Assembly: GCA_943354455.1 (NCBI GenBank)
Contig: CALRCB010000001.1
Coordinates: 1-38,952 of the forward strand
Reading direction: 5' to 3'
Length of the DNA: 38,952 nucleotides
Origin: Candidatus Staskawiczbacteria bacterium
GTDB lineage: Bacteria > Patescibacteriota > Minisyncoccia > Minisyncoccales > Staskawiczbacteraceae
The notes under the pieces: generated by a model
Databases searched by the model: none
Seen by the model: the letters and a program-made list of their open reading frames with translations, nothing else
Told to the model about the DNA's origin: nothing
Position numbers and translations under genes: made by a program
Shown: piece after piece, positions 17,283 to 26,373 of the stretch
Position numbering within the stretch: position 1 is the stretch's first letter
Layout of the letters: each line of letters starts with the position of its first letter

Positions 17283-17987
17283 ATGGGACACAAAGTACAC
17301 CCAAAATCATTTAGGATAAAGGGCATTGAAGACTGGAACGTTCGCGGTTTTTATGGCGCAAAAATGCCTCAATACTTGGAAGAAGACTTTTTAATCAAAG
17401 ATTTTTTGAGAAAAATTTTGGTTGAAGCATCTGTTTCTAATATTTCTATTGAACACTCGGCCAATAAAATAAACATTATTATTGAATCGGCTCGTCCAGG
17501 TTTGATTATTGGAAGAGGTGGGGAAGGAGTAGAAACATTAAAGAAAATGATTGTAAAGAAAATGCATGATAAAGTGTTTTCTTCAACCAGAGTGGATAAG
17601 GTCGCTGATAAAACTGCTACTGAAAAATCTGAAACAAAACGGGAAATTAAAATTGATATTAAAGAAATTAAAAATCCTTGGGTATATTCTATGTTAGTTG
17701 CCCAATGGGCCGCTCAGCAATTAGAAAAGAGAATTCCATTTAGACAGGTATTGAAGCAGGGATTGGAAAAGGTAATGCAAAATAAGGAAATTAAGGGGGT
17801 AAGAATGGAAGTTTCAGGAAGATTGAACGGAGTAGAAATTGCTAGAAAAGAATGGTTGCGACAAGGAAGAATGCCAAGACAAACCATCAGAGCCGACATT
17901 GATTATTCTCAATATGAAGCCCACTGCACATACGGAGTCATTGGAATTAAAGTGTGGATTTATAAAGGAGAAAGATTTGATAAGTAA
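17283..17987 (+). CDS. rpsC: 30S ribosomal protein S3
   Basis: MGHKVHP, RPGLIIG, SGRLNG, YGVIGIKVWI. Confidence 0.97.
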   Translation: MGHKVHPKSFRIKGIEDWNVRGFYGAKMPQYLEEDFLIKDFLRKILVEASVSNISIEHSANKINIIIESARPGLIIGRGGEGVETLKKMIVKKMHDKVFSSTRVDKVADKTATEKSETKREIKIDIKEIKNPWVYSMLVAQWAAQQLEKRIPFRQVLKQGLEKVMQNKEIKGVRMEVSGRLNGVEIARKEWLRQGRMPRQTIRADIDYSQYEAHCTYGVIGIKVWIYKGERFDK

Positions 17988-18018
17988 AAATTGTTAAAAC
18001 AATAAATTAAGAATTATT

Positions 18019-18435
18019 ATGAGTTTATTAATGCCCAAAAAAGTAAAACACCGAAAATGGCACAAAGGAGTGACCAAGGGCGTGGAAACACGTGCTGCGC
18101 AGTTGAATTTCGGCAGTTATGGTTTAAAAGCCATGGGTACTAAATGGATTACTGCAAGGCAACTTGAATCAGCCCGAAGACACATTATTCGATATATGAA
18201 AAAAGGAGGAAAGCTTTGGGTGAGAATTTTTCCAGACAAACCAGTGACATCAAAGGGAGAAGAAGTACCATTGGGAGGAGGAAAGGGAGGAGTGCACCAC
18301 TATGTATATGCCATTCGTCCAGGAAGAATTATTTTTGAAATTGACGGATTAAAAGAAGAAGTGGCTAGGGAAGCATTTAAAGGAGCTAGCATCAAATTGC
18401 CAATTAAGACAAAATTTATTAAAAAAGACAATTAA
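18019..18435 (+). CDS. rplP: 50S ribosomal protein L16
   Basis: PKKVKHRK, RIFPDKP, PGRIIFE. Confidence 0.97.
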   Translation: MSLLMPKKVKHRKWHKGVTKGVETRAAQLNFGSYGLKAMGTKWITARQLESARRHIIRYMKKGGKLWVRIFPDKPVTSKGEEVPLGGGKGGVHHYVYAIRPGRIIFEIDGLKEEVAREAFKGASIKLPIKTKFIKKDN

Positions 18436-18449
18436 GTATTAACGCGAAA

Positions 18450-18638
18450 ATGAAAAATAACGAATTACGGAAAAAAGATATTAAAGAATTGCAAAAATCA
18501 GTTTTGGAAAATACCAAAAAATTGAGTGATTTGAGATTCAAGCTTTCTTCCAACCAGCTAAAGAATGTAAAGGAAATGCATAATACCAAAAAAGAAATCG
18601 CCAGAATGTTAACTATTATTAAGGAATTATCTAAATAG
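18450..18638 (+). CDS. rpmC: 50S ribosomal protein L29
   Basis: ELR..., LRF, KKEIARMLT; synteny. Confidence 0.93.
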   Translation: MKNNELRKKDIKELQKSVLENTKKLSDLRFKLSSNQLKNVKEMHNTKKEIARMLTIIKELSK

Positions 18639-18639
18639 T

Positions 18640-18876
18640 ATGTCAAAAAAGAAATTACAAGGAATCGTCGTTTCCGATAAGATGCAAAAGACTGTGGTGG
18701 TTTTGGTTGAACGAATTAAAGAACATCCAAAATACAAAAGACGATATAAAATCCATAAAAAGTATAAGGCTCATGATGAAGCGAAGGAATATAAAGTGGG
18801 CGACAAGGTGGTAATAGAAGAGACTGCACCGATTTCAAAAGATAAGCATTTTAAAGTAATCGGAAAAGTAAAATAA
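18640..18876 (+). CDS. rpsQ: 30S ribosomal protein S17
   Basis: GIVVSDKMQKT, HPKY, AHDE, PISK. Confidence 0.97.
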   Translation: MSKKKLQGIVVSDKMQKTVVVLVERIKEHPKYKRRYKIHKKYKAHDEAKEYKVGDKVVIEETAPISKDKHFKVIGKVK

Positions 18877-18877
18877 T

Positions 18878-19246
18878 ATGATACAGCCAAGATCAATGTT
18901 AAAAGTTGCAGATAATTCCGGAGCAAAAATACTTCAATGTATTAATGTGCCGGGAGGAACCAGAAAAAGATACGCTCAATTGGGAGATGTGATTGTGGGA
19001 ACGGTTAAAAAAGCCGAACCGCGAAAATTGGTTAAAAAACACGAAGTAGTCAAAGCTGTGATTATTCGACAAAGAAAGGAATTTAAACGACAAGATGGCA
19101 GCTATATAAGGTTTGATGACAATGCGGTGGTGATTTTAGCAGAAGGCAAATTACCAAAAGGAGGAAGAGTATTTGGCCCAACTGCAAAAGAATTGAAAGA
19201 TAAGGGTTTTGATAAAATTGCTATGATGGCAACAGAACTTTTATAG
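18878..19246 (+). CDS. rplN: 50S ribosomal protein L14
   Basis: VADNSGA, IRFDDNA, RVFGP. Confidence 0.98.
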   Translation: MIQPRSMLKVADNSGAKILQCINVPGGTRKRYAQLGDVIVGTVKKAEPRKLVKKHEVVKAVIIRQRKEFKRQDGSYIRFDDNAVVILAEGKLPKGGRVFGPTAKELKDKGFDKIAMMATELL

Positions 19247-19271
19247 AATTTGTTAACGTAATTATAAAAAA

Positions 19272-19577
19272 ATGAAATTAAAAAAAGGCGATACAGTGTT
19301 AATAATCTCCGGTAAAGACAAGGGCAGAACTGCTAAGATTTTGAAGTCCTTGGTAAAGGAAAAGAAAATTTTGGTTGAAGGAATTAATTTGAAAAAGAAA
19401 CACGTAAAACCAAAGAAAGAAGGAGAAAAGGGACAAGTTATTTCAGTATCAATGCCATTGGATATTTCTAACACTAAATTCCTTTGCCCAAAATGTCAGA
19501 AAGCCACCAGAATTGGATATAAAATTGAAGGAGATAAAAAATTCCGAATTTGCAAAAAGTGTAAATCAGAAATTTAA
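19272..19577 (+). CDS. rplX: 50S ribosomal protein L24
   Basis: KKGDTV.IISGKDKG KOW motif. Confidence 0.97.
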   Translation: MKLKKGDTVLIISGKDKGRTAKILKSLVKEKKILVEGINLKKKHVKPKKEGEKGQVISVSMPLDISNTKFLCPKCQKATRIGYKIEGDKKFRICKKCKSEI

Positions 19578-19586
19578 TTTACGAAT

Positions 19587-20165
19587 ATGGAAAAATTACA
19601 GCAAAAATATAATAAAGAAATAATTCCAGCTATGATGACCAAATTCGGATACAAAAATCCGATGGCGGTTCCAAAGATTACCAAGGTTACCCTTAACACT
19701 TCTTTTGGTAAGCAAGTGGTAAGCAAAACTTCCGGTGAACGAGAAAAAATACAAAAGTTTGTATTGCAGGATATGGCTTTAATTGCCGGACAAGGACCGC
19801 GATTGGTTAAATCACGAAAATCTATTGCCGGGTTTAGTTTGCGAGAAGGACTGGAAATTGCCGCAATGGTAACATTGCGAAAAGGCAGAATGTGGGACTT
19901 TTTGGAAAGATTTATTTATTTGTCACTGCCACGGTCACGAGACTTCCAAGGGTTAAATCCAAAATCAATTGATCAAGGGGGTAATATGAATATTGGTTTT
20001 CGAGAACATATTTCATTCCCGGAAATATTCGTTGAAAAAGAAAAGACTATTTTCGGATTGGAAGTCACCATATCTACGAATGCAAAAAGCCGGGAAGAGG
20101 GAGAAGCATTATTCAGATTACTTGGATTACCGTTAAAAGAAGATAAAAAAGTAGAAAAAAAATAA
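19587..20165 (+). CDS. rplE: 50S ribosomal protein L5
   Basis: NPMAVPKI, KSIAGF.LREG, LPRSRDF, FPEI. Confidence 0.97.
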   Translation: MEKLQQKYNKEIIPAMMTKFGYKNPMAVPKITKVTLNTSFGKQVVSKTSGEREKIQKFVLQDMALIAGQGPRLVKSRKSIAGFSLREGLEIAAMVTLRKGRMWDFLERFIYLSLPRSRDFQGLNPKSIDQGGNMNIGFREHISFPEIFVEKEKTIFGLEVTISTNAKSREEGEALFRLLGLPLKEDKKVEKK

Positions 20166-20174
20166 TTATTATAT

Positions 20175-20360
20175 ATGGCAAAAACATCACAAGAAGCAAA
20201 GGCAAAAATGAAACCAAAGTTCTCTTCGCGCCTGCAAAGACGCTGTTTTAAATGCGGACGAAGACACGGTTTTATGAGAAAGTTCGGTCTTTGCAGAATA
20301 TGTTTTAGGGAATTGGCCAACAAAGGCGAAATACCAGGAGTAACAAAATCAAGCTGGTAA
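20175..20360 (+). CDS. rpsN: 30S ribosomal protein S14 type Z
   Basis: [23 protein letters not shown]. Confidence 0.97.
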   Translation: MAKTSQEAKAKMKPKFSSRLQRRCFKCGRRHGFMRKFGLCRICFRELANKGEIPGVTKSSW

Positions 20361-20401
20361 ATAATAAAAAGTAAAAACAATAAGTTAATTTTTAAACTTT
20401 C

Positions 20402-20791
20402 ATGACAGATCCAATCACGGACATGTTAAACCAAGTACGAAATGCCCAAGCGGTTGCAAAACCGGAGGTTTTGATTCCTTTTTCAAAATTGAAAAACCAA
20501 ATTGGAATGCTTTTGGCGCAAGAAGGTTTTGTGGTGGATGTCAAAAAAATTGCCAAAGATAAAACCAAGATAATGAAAGTGGTATTGAAATATGATAATG
20601 GAATACCGGCTATTGAAGGATCAAAGAGAGTTTCAAAACCAGGACAAAGAATTTACGCCAAATACACTGAAATCAAGAAAGTACGCGGAGGATTTGGAAT
20701 TTCCATTATTTCAACATCAAAAGGACTAATGACCAACAACCAGGCACGAAAGGCAAAGTTGGGAGGAGAGGTGATGCTTGAAGTTTGGTAA
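20402..20791 (+). CDS. rpsH: 30S ribosomal protein S8
   Basis: MTDPI.DML, SKPG.RIY, STSKG, GGE. Confidence 0.97.
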   Translation: MTDPITDMLNQVRNAQAVAKPEVLIPFSKLKNQIGMLLAQEGFVVDVKKIAKDKTKIMKVVLKYDNGIPAIEGSKRVSKPGQRIYAKYTEIKKVRGGFGISIISTSKGLMTNNQARKAKLGGEVMLEVW

Positions 20792-20831
20792 AAAATATAC
20801 TAGAATAAAGGGACTTAAATTAGTCAATATT

Positions 20832-21380
20832 ATGTCAAGAATAGGTAAAAAATTAATAGAAATCCCAGCTACCGTAAAAGCGGAAATTAACGGCCAAGAT
20901 ATGAAAGTGACTGGGCCTAAGGGAGAATTAAATATCAAGATACATCCTGCTATAAAAGCAGAAATAAAGGATGGCAAGATTTTGGTATTGCCCGCCAGAA
21001 CTCTTATTAAAAGTGCCAGAGGATTATGGGGATTGTACCGAGCCTTAATTGCGAATATGATTGAGGGTGTGGACAAGGGCTTTGAAAAGAAATTGGAAAT
21101 TGAAGGGGTTGGATTTAAAGCTTCCGTTGTGGGAGATGAATTAGTAATGAACTTGGGCTTTGTAAATCCGGTTAGAATTAAGAAACCGGAAGGTATTACC
21201 TTTTTGGTAGAAAAAAACTTAATTACTGTTTCTGGAATTTCAAAAGAATTGGTAGGACAAATTTCAGCTGAAATCCGAGAAACCAAAAAAGCAGAACCCT
21301 ATAAAGGAAAAGGAATTAAATATCAAGGCGAGAAGATTAGACGAAAAGAAGGTAAAAAAGTAGTAGCAACAAAGAAATAA
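20832..21380 (+). CDS. rplF: 50S ribosomal protein L6
   Basis: MSRIGKK start at 20832; EPYKGKGI. Confidence 0.97.
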   Translation: MSRIGKKLIEIPATVKAEINGQDMKVTGPKGELNIKIHPAIKAEIKDGKILVLPARTLIKSARGLWGLYRALIANMIEGVDKGFEKKLEIEGVGFKASVVGDELVMNLGFVNPVRIKKPEGITFLVEKNLITVSGISKELVGQISAEIRETKKAEPYKGKGIKYQGEKIRRKEGKKVVATKK

Positions 21381-21381
21381 T

Positions 21382-21726
21382 ATGTTAAGAAAACAGTTAA
21401 AAAGAAAAAAAATCCACAAAAAAATACGGTCAGTGATGTCTGGAACCAAAGATCGTCCACGATTGTCGGTTTTCAGATCCACTCAACACATTTATGCTCA
21501 ATTAATTGACGATGATAGTGCTAAGGTATTAGCTCAGGCTTCAGACGTGAAAATGAAAACAAAGGGAACTAAAGTAAGCAAGTCGCTGGAAATAGGAAAG
21601 TTAATTGCTAAAGAAGCATTGGCCAAGAAAATTGAAGCAGTAGTATTTGACCGCGGAGGCAACGTGTACAGCGGAAGAATTAAAGCTGTGGCCGATGGAG
21701 CCCGCGAAGGGGGACTTAAATTTTAA
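21382..21726 (+). CDS. rplR: 50S ribosomal protein L18
   Basis: RPRLSVFRS, VFDRGG, AREGGLKF. Confidence 0.97.
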   Translation: MLRKQLKRKKIHKKIRSVMSGTKDRPRLSVFRSTQHIYAQLIDDDSAKVLAQASDVKMKTKGTKVSKSLEIGKLIAKEALAKKIEAVVFDRGGNVYSGRIKAVADGAREGGLKF

Positions 21727-21734
21727 TTAAAATT

Positions 21735-21810
21735 TATATGCAAAGCATATAAATAATCATTTGGTCGATATGAAAAAATAAATTCTTTCATATCTTCCTC
21801 ATTCATATTT
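21735..21810 (+). repeat. Dispersed structured element, copy B (before rpsE)
   Basis: tatatgcaaagcatataaataatc-N4-ggtc-[hairpin]-ttcctcattcatattt-ATG. Confidence 0.8.
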
Positions 21811-22356
21811 ATGGCAGACGAAGTAAAACAACCTACATCTAATAAACCAGCCAACAATCTGCCTGTGCAGACAGGTGGCTTTCGGCCCATAAAGAAAGGC
21901 TACGGTAGAAGGAATGAAGTGAGCGATGGAATTGATTCTAAGTTATTGGATTTGGCTCGGGTTACCAGAGTTACCGGCGGAGGAAAAAGAATGAGCTTTA
22001 GAGCCGTAGTGGTTGCCGGGGATAAGAAAAGTAAAATTGGAATTGGAATTGATAAGGGAAAAGATGTTTCACAAGCCATTGAAAAAGCGACTGCCAGAGC
22101 TAAAAGAGATATGATTAGCGTGGTTATTGTAAATGGAACTATTCCTCATCAAGTTGAGGCAAAGGTAGGACCTGCAGTAATTTTATTGAAACCACAGAAA
22201 AAGGGCAGAGGATTGGTTGCTGGAGGAGCCGTGAGAACTATTTGCGATTTGGCTGGGATTCAGGATGTTTCTTCAAAAATTCTCTCAGGATCAAAAAACA
22301 AATTAAACAATGCGCGAGCAACCATGGAGGCGTTAAGAAAACTTAAAGTACGGTAA
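21811..22356 (+). CDS. rpsE: 30S ribosomal protein S5
   Basis: RVTRVTGGGKR, GTIPH, GLVAGG. Confidence 0.97.
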   Translation: MADEVKQPTSNKPANNLPVQTGGFRPIKKGYGRRNEVSDGIDSKLLDLARVTRVTGGGKRMSFRAVVVAGDKKSKIGIGIDKGKDVSQAIEKATARAKRDMISVVIVNGTIPHQVEAKVGPAVILLKPQKKGRGLVAGGAVRTICDLAGIQDVSSKILSGSKNKLNNARATMEALRKLKVR

Positions 22357-22367
22357 ACCATATTTTT

Positions 22368-22799
22368 ATGCAAATACATCAATTAAAACCAAAACATAAA
22401 TCAAAAGACCGGATGATTGTCGGTCGAGGTGGAAAGAAAGGAACTTATTCTGGAAAGGGAGGCAAGGGTCAGTCAGCAAGGTCTGGAAGAAAGATGGTGC
22501 CGATTATTCGGGAATTAATCAAGCGATATCCAAAATTAAAAGGATATAGGAGTTTTGTATTTGAAAATACTACTGCGGTGGTTAATTTAAATGCGTTAGA
22601 TAAACATTTTAAAGATGGTGAAATAGTAAGCCCAGCTAATTTAGTTAAGAAAGGAATTATCAGAATGTTAAAGGGCAAAATTCCGGCAGTTAAGATCTTG
22701 GGTAACGGAAAAATATCTAAAAAAGTTATTGTTGAAAATTGTACTACTTCAAAAACAGCAAAAGGGGCAATTATTAAGGCTGGAGGAACCGCTAAATAA
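22368..22799 (+). CDS. rplO: 50S ribosomal protein L15
   Basis: GRGGKKG.YSG.G.KGQ..R, VKILG.G, AGG. Confidence 0.96.
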   Translation: MQIHQLKPKHKSKDRMIVGRGGKKGTYSGKGGKGQSARSGRKMVPIIRELIKRYPKLKGYRSFVFENTTAVVNLNALDKHFKDGEIVSPANLVKKGIIRMLKGKIPAVKILGNGKISKKVIVENCTTSKTAKGAIIKAGGTAK

Positions 22800-22820
22800 T
22801 TAAACGTTATATATTATTAT

Positions 22821-24098
22821 ATGTGGTACGAAAAAATATTGTTTTTGTTTAAAAATAAAGACATTAGAAAAAAGTTTATTTTTGTAATATTTTTGTTTGT
22901 TGTTTTCAGAATTGCAGCTAATGTTCCAATACCAGGAATTGGGCTGGAAAATTTACGTAAATTTTTTGACCAAAACCAAGTGTTCGGTCTTTTAAATATA
23001 TTTTCTGGAGGAGCCCTAAGTAATTTTTCTATTGTGCTTATGGGTGTCGGCCCCTATATTACGGCCACTATTATTTTACAACTTTTAACCATGATTTTCC
23101 CGGCTTTGGAAAGAATGTACAAAGAAGAGGGGGAAGCTGGCAGACATAAATTCAACCAATATGGCAGGTTGTTGACTATTCCATTGGCCGGTTTTGAAGG
23201 TTTTGGTATGCTTACATTATTTGAACGGCAGGGCGTGATTACCGGATTGACTCCAGCTATAATGCTAAGTGCAATTATTACCATTATGGCCGGAGCAATG
23301 TTTTTGATGTGGTTGGGAGAACTTATTAGTGAACAAGGTATTGGAAATGGCATATCATTGTTAATTTTTGCGGGTATTATTGCCAGCTTGCCAATTAATA
23401 TTTTTCAAACATTTGCAACATGGGACCCATCGCAAATTCCTTCATATATTTTATTTTTTGTATTATCGGTTGTCATTATTGCCGGTGTGGTGTTAATTAC
23501 CGAGGCCCGAAGAAATATTCCTGTATCGTATGCCAAGCGCGTGCGGGGCAATAAAGTATATGGTGGTCAATCAACATACTTGCCATTGAATGTTAACCCT
23601 GCCGGAGTGATTCCAATTATATTTGCCCTTTCTATGTTGTTATTTCCGGGAATGATCGCCGGATTTTTAACTGGAGCACCAGGATTTGTGGGGGTTGCTG
23701 CCACTAATGTTTCCGCGTTCTTCAATAACCCTTGGGTATATGGGGTATTGTATTTTATTCTGGTTATTGCGTTTACCTATTTTTATACCGCCGTTACATT
23801 TGATCCAAAAAAGATAGCTGAAAACTTGCAAAAAATGGGAGGATTTATTCCAGGGGTCAGGCCGGGAGAATCAACAACAAAATTTTTAAAACATATTTTA
23901 AATCGGGTGCTATTTTTGGGAGCTACTTCCCTGGGTTTAATTGCCGTATTGCCAAATATGGTAGCAGGAGCCACTGGAATTACTGGTTTTACTTTCTTAA
24001 TTGGAGGTACATCATTGTTAATTATCGTAAGCGTAGTTTTGGATACCTTGCGACAAATTAACGCCCAGTTGCAGATGAGAGAGTACGACACGTTTTAA
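22821..24098 (+). CDS. secY: Preprotein translocase subunit SecY
   Basis: FSGGAL, PYITA.II.QLL, GIGNG.S, GGFIPG.RPG, GGTSLLI. Confidence 0.98.
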   Translation: MWYEKILFLFKNKDIRKKFIFVIFLFVVFRIAANVPIPGIGLENLRKFFDQNQVFGLLNIFSGGALSNFSIVLMGVGPYITATIILQLLTMIFPALERMYKEEGEAGRHKFNQYGRLLTIPLAGFEGFGMLTLFERQGVITGLTPAIMLSAIITIMAGAMFLMWLGELISEQGIGNGISLLIFAGIIASLPINIFQTFATWDPSQIPSYILFFVLSVVIIAGVVLITEARRNIPVSYAKRVRGNKVYGGQSTYLPLNVNPAGVIPIIFALSMLLFPGMIAGFLTGAPGFVGVAATNVSAFFNNPWVYGVLYFILVIAFTYFYTAVTFDPKKIAENLQKMGGFIPGVRPGESTTKFLKHILNRVLFLGATSLGLIAVLPNMVAGATGITGFTFLIGGTSLLIIVSVVLDTLRQINAQLQMREYDTF

Positions 24099-24122
24099 TT
24101 TTACATTTTTGAATAAAAAAAT

Positions 24123-24148
24123 AAGCCTCGACTTGTGTCGGGGCTTTT
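24123..24148. terminator. Intrinsic terminator after secY
   Basis: aagcctcgac-ttgt-gtcggggctt-tt, with an A-tract on the 5' side. Confidence 0.7.
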
Positions 24149-24183
24149 GGTTTTGCCCATTAGGCTTACCCCGTATAAATTTT

Positions 24184-24336
24184 TTAGGGTAACATGGGCA
24201 CAACCCTGTAAACTACTCCTTTTGCCGTTTTCTCCAGTTCAGTTTTTTTTCTGAATAACTTGGCTTGGTCTTCTGAGACCTCAAGAGTGATCCAACACTC
24301 GCCGAAGTCATCAATAACCTGTAAGCAGTATTTCAT
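24184..24336 (-). CDS. Putative 50-aa small protein
   Basis: MKYCLQVIDDFGECWITLEVSEDQAKLFRKKTELEKTAKGVVYRVVPMLP*; GGAG SD 8 nt upstream; TTGACA-N17-TACCGT promoter. Below the ORF-track cutoff. Confidence 0.55.
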   Translation of the reverse strand: MKYCLQVIDDFGECWITLEVSEDQAKLFRKKTELEKTAKGVVYRVVPMLP

Positions 24337-24441
24337 GGCATTTTCTCCGGGGGAAGGGGAACTAAAATAACGGTAATCTATTTTCCAATAATTGTCAATA
24401 TTTAATTAATCAAAAAATATGTTATTATAAAAGAAAAAAAT

Positions 24442-25152
24442 ATGTCAAAAAAGGTTATTATTTTATTTGGTCCGCCAGGGGCGGGAAAGGGAACACAATC
24501 TGAGCTTTTATCTGAAAAGATGGGGTTGTATTTGTTTGAAACCAGTAAAATGCTGGAACGGGAATTTAGAAACGCAGAAGATTTGTCAGAAGATGACCCA
24601 GCCAGATTCGTAGAAATTGAAGGTGAAAAATTTGATATATTAAACGAAAAAGAAATTTGGAAAAATGGAGAACTATGCAGTCCGACATGGGTGACGTGGT
24701 TGACCATGAAAGAATTAAAACGATTGCATGATGACGGGGACAATATTATTTTGTCTGGCTCGCCAAGAACTTTGTACGAAGTCGAGATTGAAGCCCCTTT
24801 ACTGGTAGAGCTTTACGGCAAAGAAAATATTCATATTGTATTAATTGAGATTTCAGCTGAGGTGACGGTTTTTCGAAACACTCACCGCAAAATTTGCGAG
24901 TTGATGCGCCATTCCATTTTATTTAACGACGAAACTAAAACATTAACCATCTGTCCATTGGATGGGTCGCTTTTGACTAACCGAAAAGATTTGGATGACC
25001 CAGAAACTATTAAGGTGCGCCTTGAACAATACAGCCAGCGAACATTGCCATTGTTTGAATATTTTCAAAATAATGGTTTTAAGGTAGCTAAAATAAACGG
25101 GGAAGGAAGTGTGGCAAATGTGCACGGTGAGATTTTAAAAATCATTGAATAA
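24442..25152 (+). CDS. adk: Adenylate kinase (divergent)
   Basis: GPPGAGKGTQ P-loop, GSPRT and DD.E...RL..Y; position between secY and map. Confidence 0.88.
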   Translation: MSKKVIILFGPPGAGKGTQSELLSEKMGLYLFETSKMLEREFRNAEDLSEDDPARFVEIEGEKFDILNEKEIWKNGELCSPTWVTWLTMKELKRLHDDGDNIILSGSPRTLYEVEIEAPLLVELYGKENIHIVLIEISAEVTVFRNTHRKICELMRHSILFNDETKTLTICPLDGSLLTNRKDLDDPETIKVRLEQYSQRTLPLFEYFQNNGFKVAKINGEGSVANVHGEILKIIE

Positions 25153-25902
25153 ATGGTTCACATAAAATCAGCAGAAGAAATTGCAATCATGGCCGAGGGC
25201 GGGAAAATCCTGGCAACGGTGTTGTATCAGGTTGCTGATATGGCTAAGCCGGGCATTACCACCATGGAACTGGACAGGGCTGCCGAAGCTCTTATTTTAA
25301 AATACGGCGCCAAACCGGCATTTAAGGGATATGAAGGGTTTCCTTATTCTTTGTGTGCTTCGGTAAATGAAAATATTGTGCACGGGTATCCATCAAATAC
25401 GCCATTGAAAAATGGTGATATTGTAGGGCTTGATTTGGGTGTTTTGCATAAAGGATACAATACCGACATGGCCGTAACGGTGGCTGTCGGCGAAGTTTCC
25501 TTTGAAGCAAAACGGTTGTTGAAGGTAACCGAAAAGGCTTTGCGCCTTGGCATTAAAAAAGCCCGCGCTGGAGTTACTACCGGAGATGTGGGTAATACCA
25601 TTCAACGGTTTATTGAAGATCAGGGGTTTGGGGTAGTGCGAGACTTGTACGGCCACGGCATTGGTAAGCAGGTACATGAAGATCCATTGGTTCCTAATTT
25701 TGGAAAACGACAAGAGGGGACTGTTTTGAAAGAAGGAATGGTGATTTGCATTGAGCCGATGGTAACCATGGGAGATTTTAAAATGAAGCGTTCCGATGAC
25801 GGCTATGGCTATGCGACGCGGGATGGCTCGTTGTCCGCCCACTTTGAACATACCCTAGCGATTACGAAAGACGGTTGTCGAGTTTTGACGGTAGCACCTT
25901 AA
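25153..25902 (+). CDS. map: Methionine aminopeptidase type I
   Basis: SVNE.IVHG.P, D.G....G...D, GHGIG...HEDP, EPM, SAHFEHT. Confidence 0.97.
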   Translation: MVHIKSAEEIAIMAEGGKILATVLYQVADMAKPGITTMELDRAAEALILKYGAKPAFKGYEGFPYSLCASVNENIVHGYPSNTPLKNGDIVGLDLGVLHKGYNTDMAVTVAVGEVSFEAKRLLKVTEKALRLGIKKARAGVTTGDVGNTIQRFIEDQGFGVVRDLYGHGIGKQVHEDPLVPNFGKRQEGTVLKEGMVICIEPMVTMGDFKMKRSDDGYGYATRDGSLSAHFEHTLAITKDGCRVLTVAP

Positions 25903-25929
25903 CAACGTTAACCAAGAAAGGGGCGACAC

Positions 25930-26331
25930 GTGGAAAAGGTAAAACCTTCGATAGTAAATATAATCGTAACCCTTTCAGTTACGGTATTATTTGCTTTTTC
26001 GTTTCAGGTTAGCTTTCTTGCCGGACAGATAATATTAGTAGCAGTGTTTTTTTGCTATAATATTGTTTGCGAATCTGTGCTTGGGCGGTGTGTGGGAATG
26101 TGGTGGTTTAGAAAGAAATGGCGCAATCAAAGGACTATTCGGCACAAAATGCTGTATATTTTCTGCTACACTGCTTCATTTAGCACATTAGTGATTTACG
26201 TTTGGTTCCCATTAGATATTTTCCTGGTTAACATTTTAATTTTCCAACTCCCATGTTTCTTGTTGAAAAGGAACACCTTTCACGGTTACGTGGGTGGTAT
26301 GGAAACAATTCCATTTGACCCTGCATCTTAG
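25930..26331 (+). CDS. Hypothetical membrane protein, possibly RDD-like
   Basis: Several hydrophobic segments; G..VGM and K..TFH...G resemble RDD proteins; SD GAAAGGGG before GTG; terminator at about 26319-26346. Confidence 0.55.
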   Translation: MEKVKPSIVNIIVTLSVTVLFAFSFQVSFLAGQIILVAVFFCYNIVCESVLGRCVGMWWFRKKWRNQRTIRHKMLYIFCYTASFSTLVIYVWFPLDIFLVNILIFQLPCFLLKRNTFHGYVGGMETIPFDPAS

Positions 26332-26373
26332 GATGCGGGGTTTTTTCTTTTATTATTTTTTGGTACAATCAAC

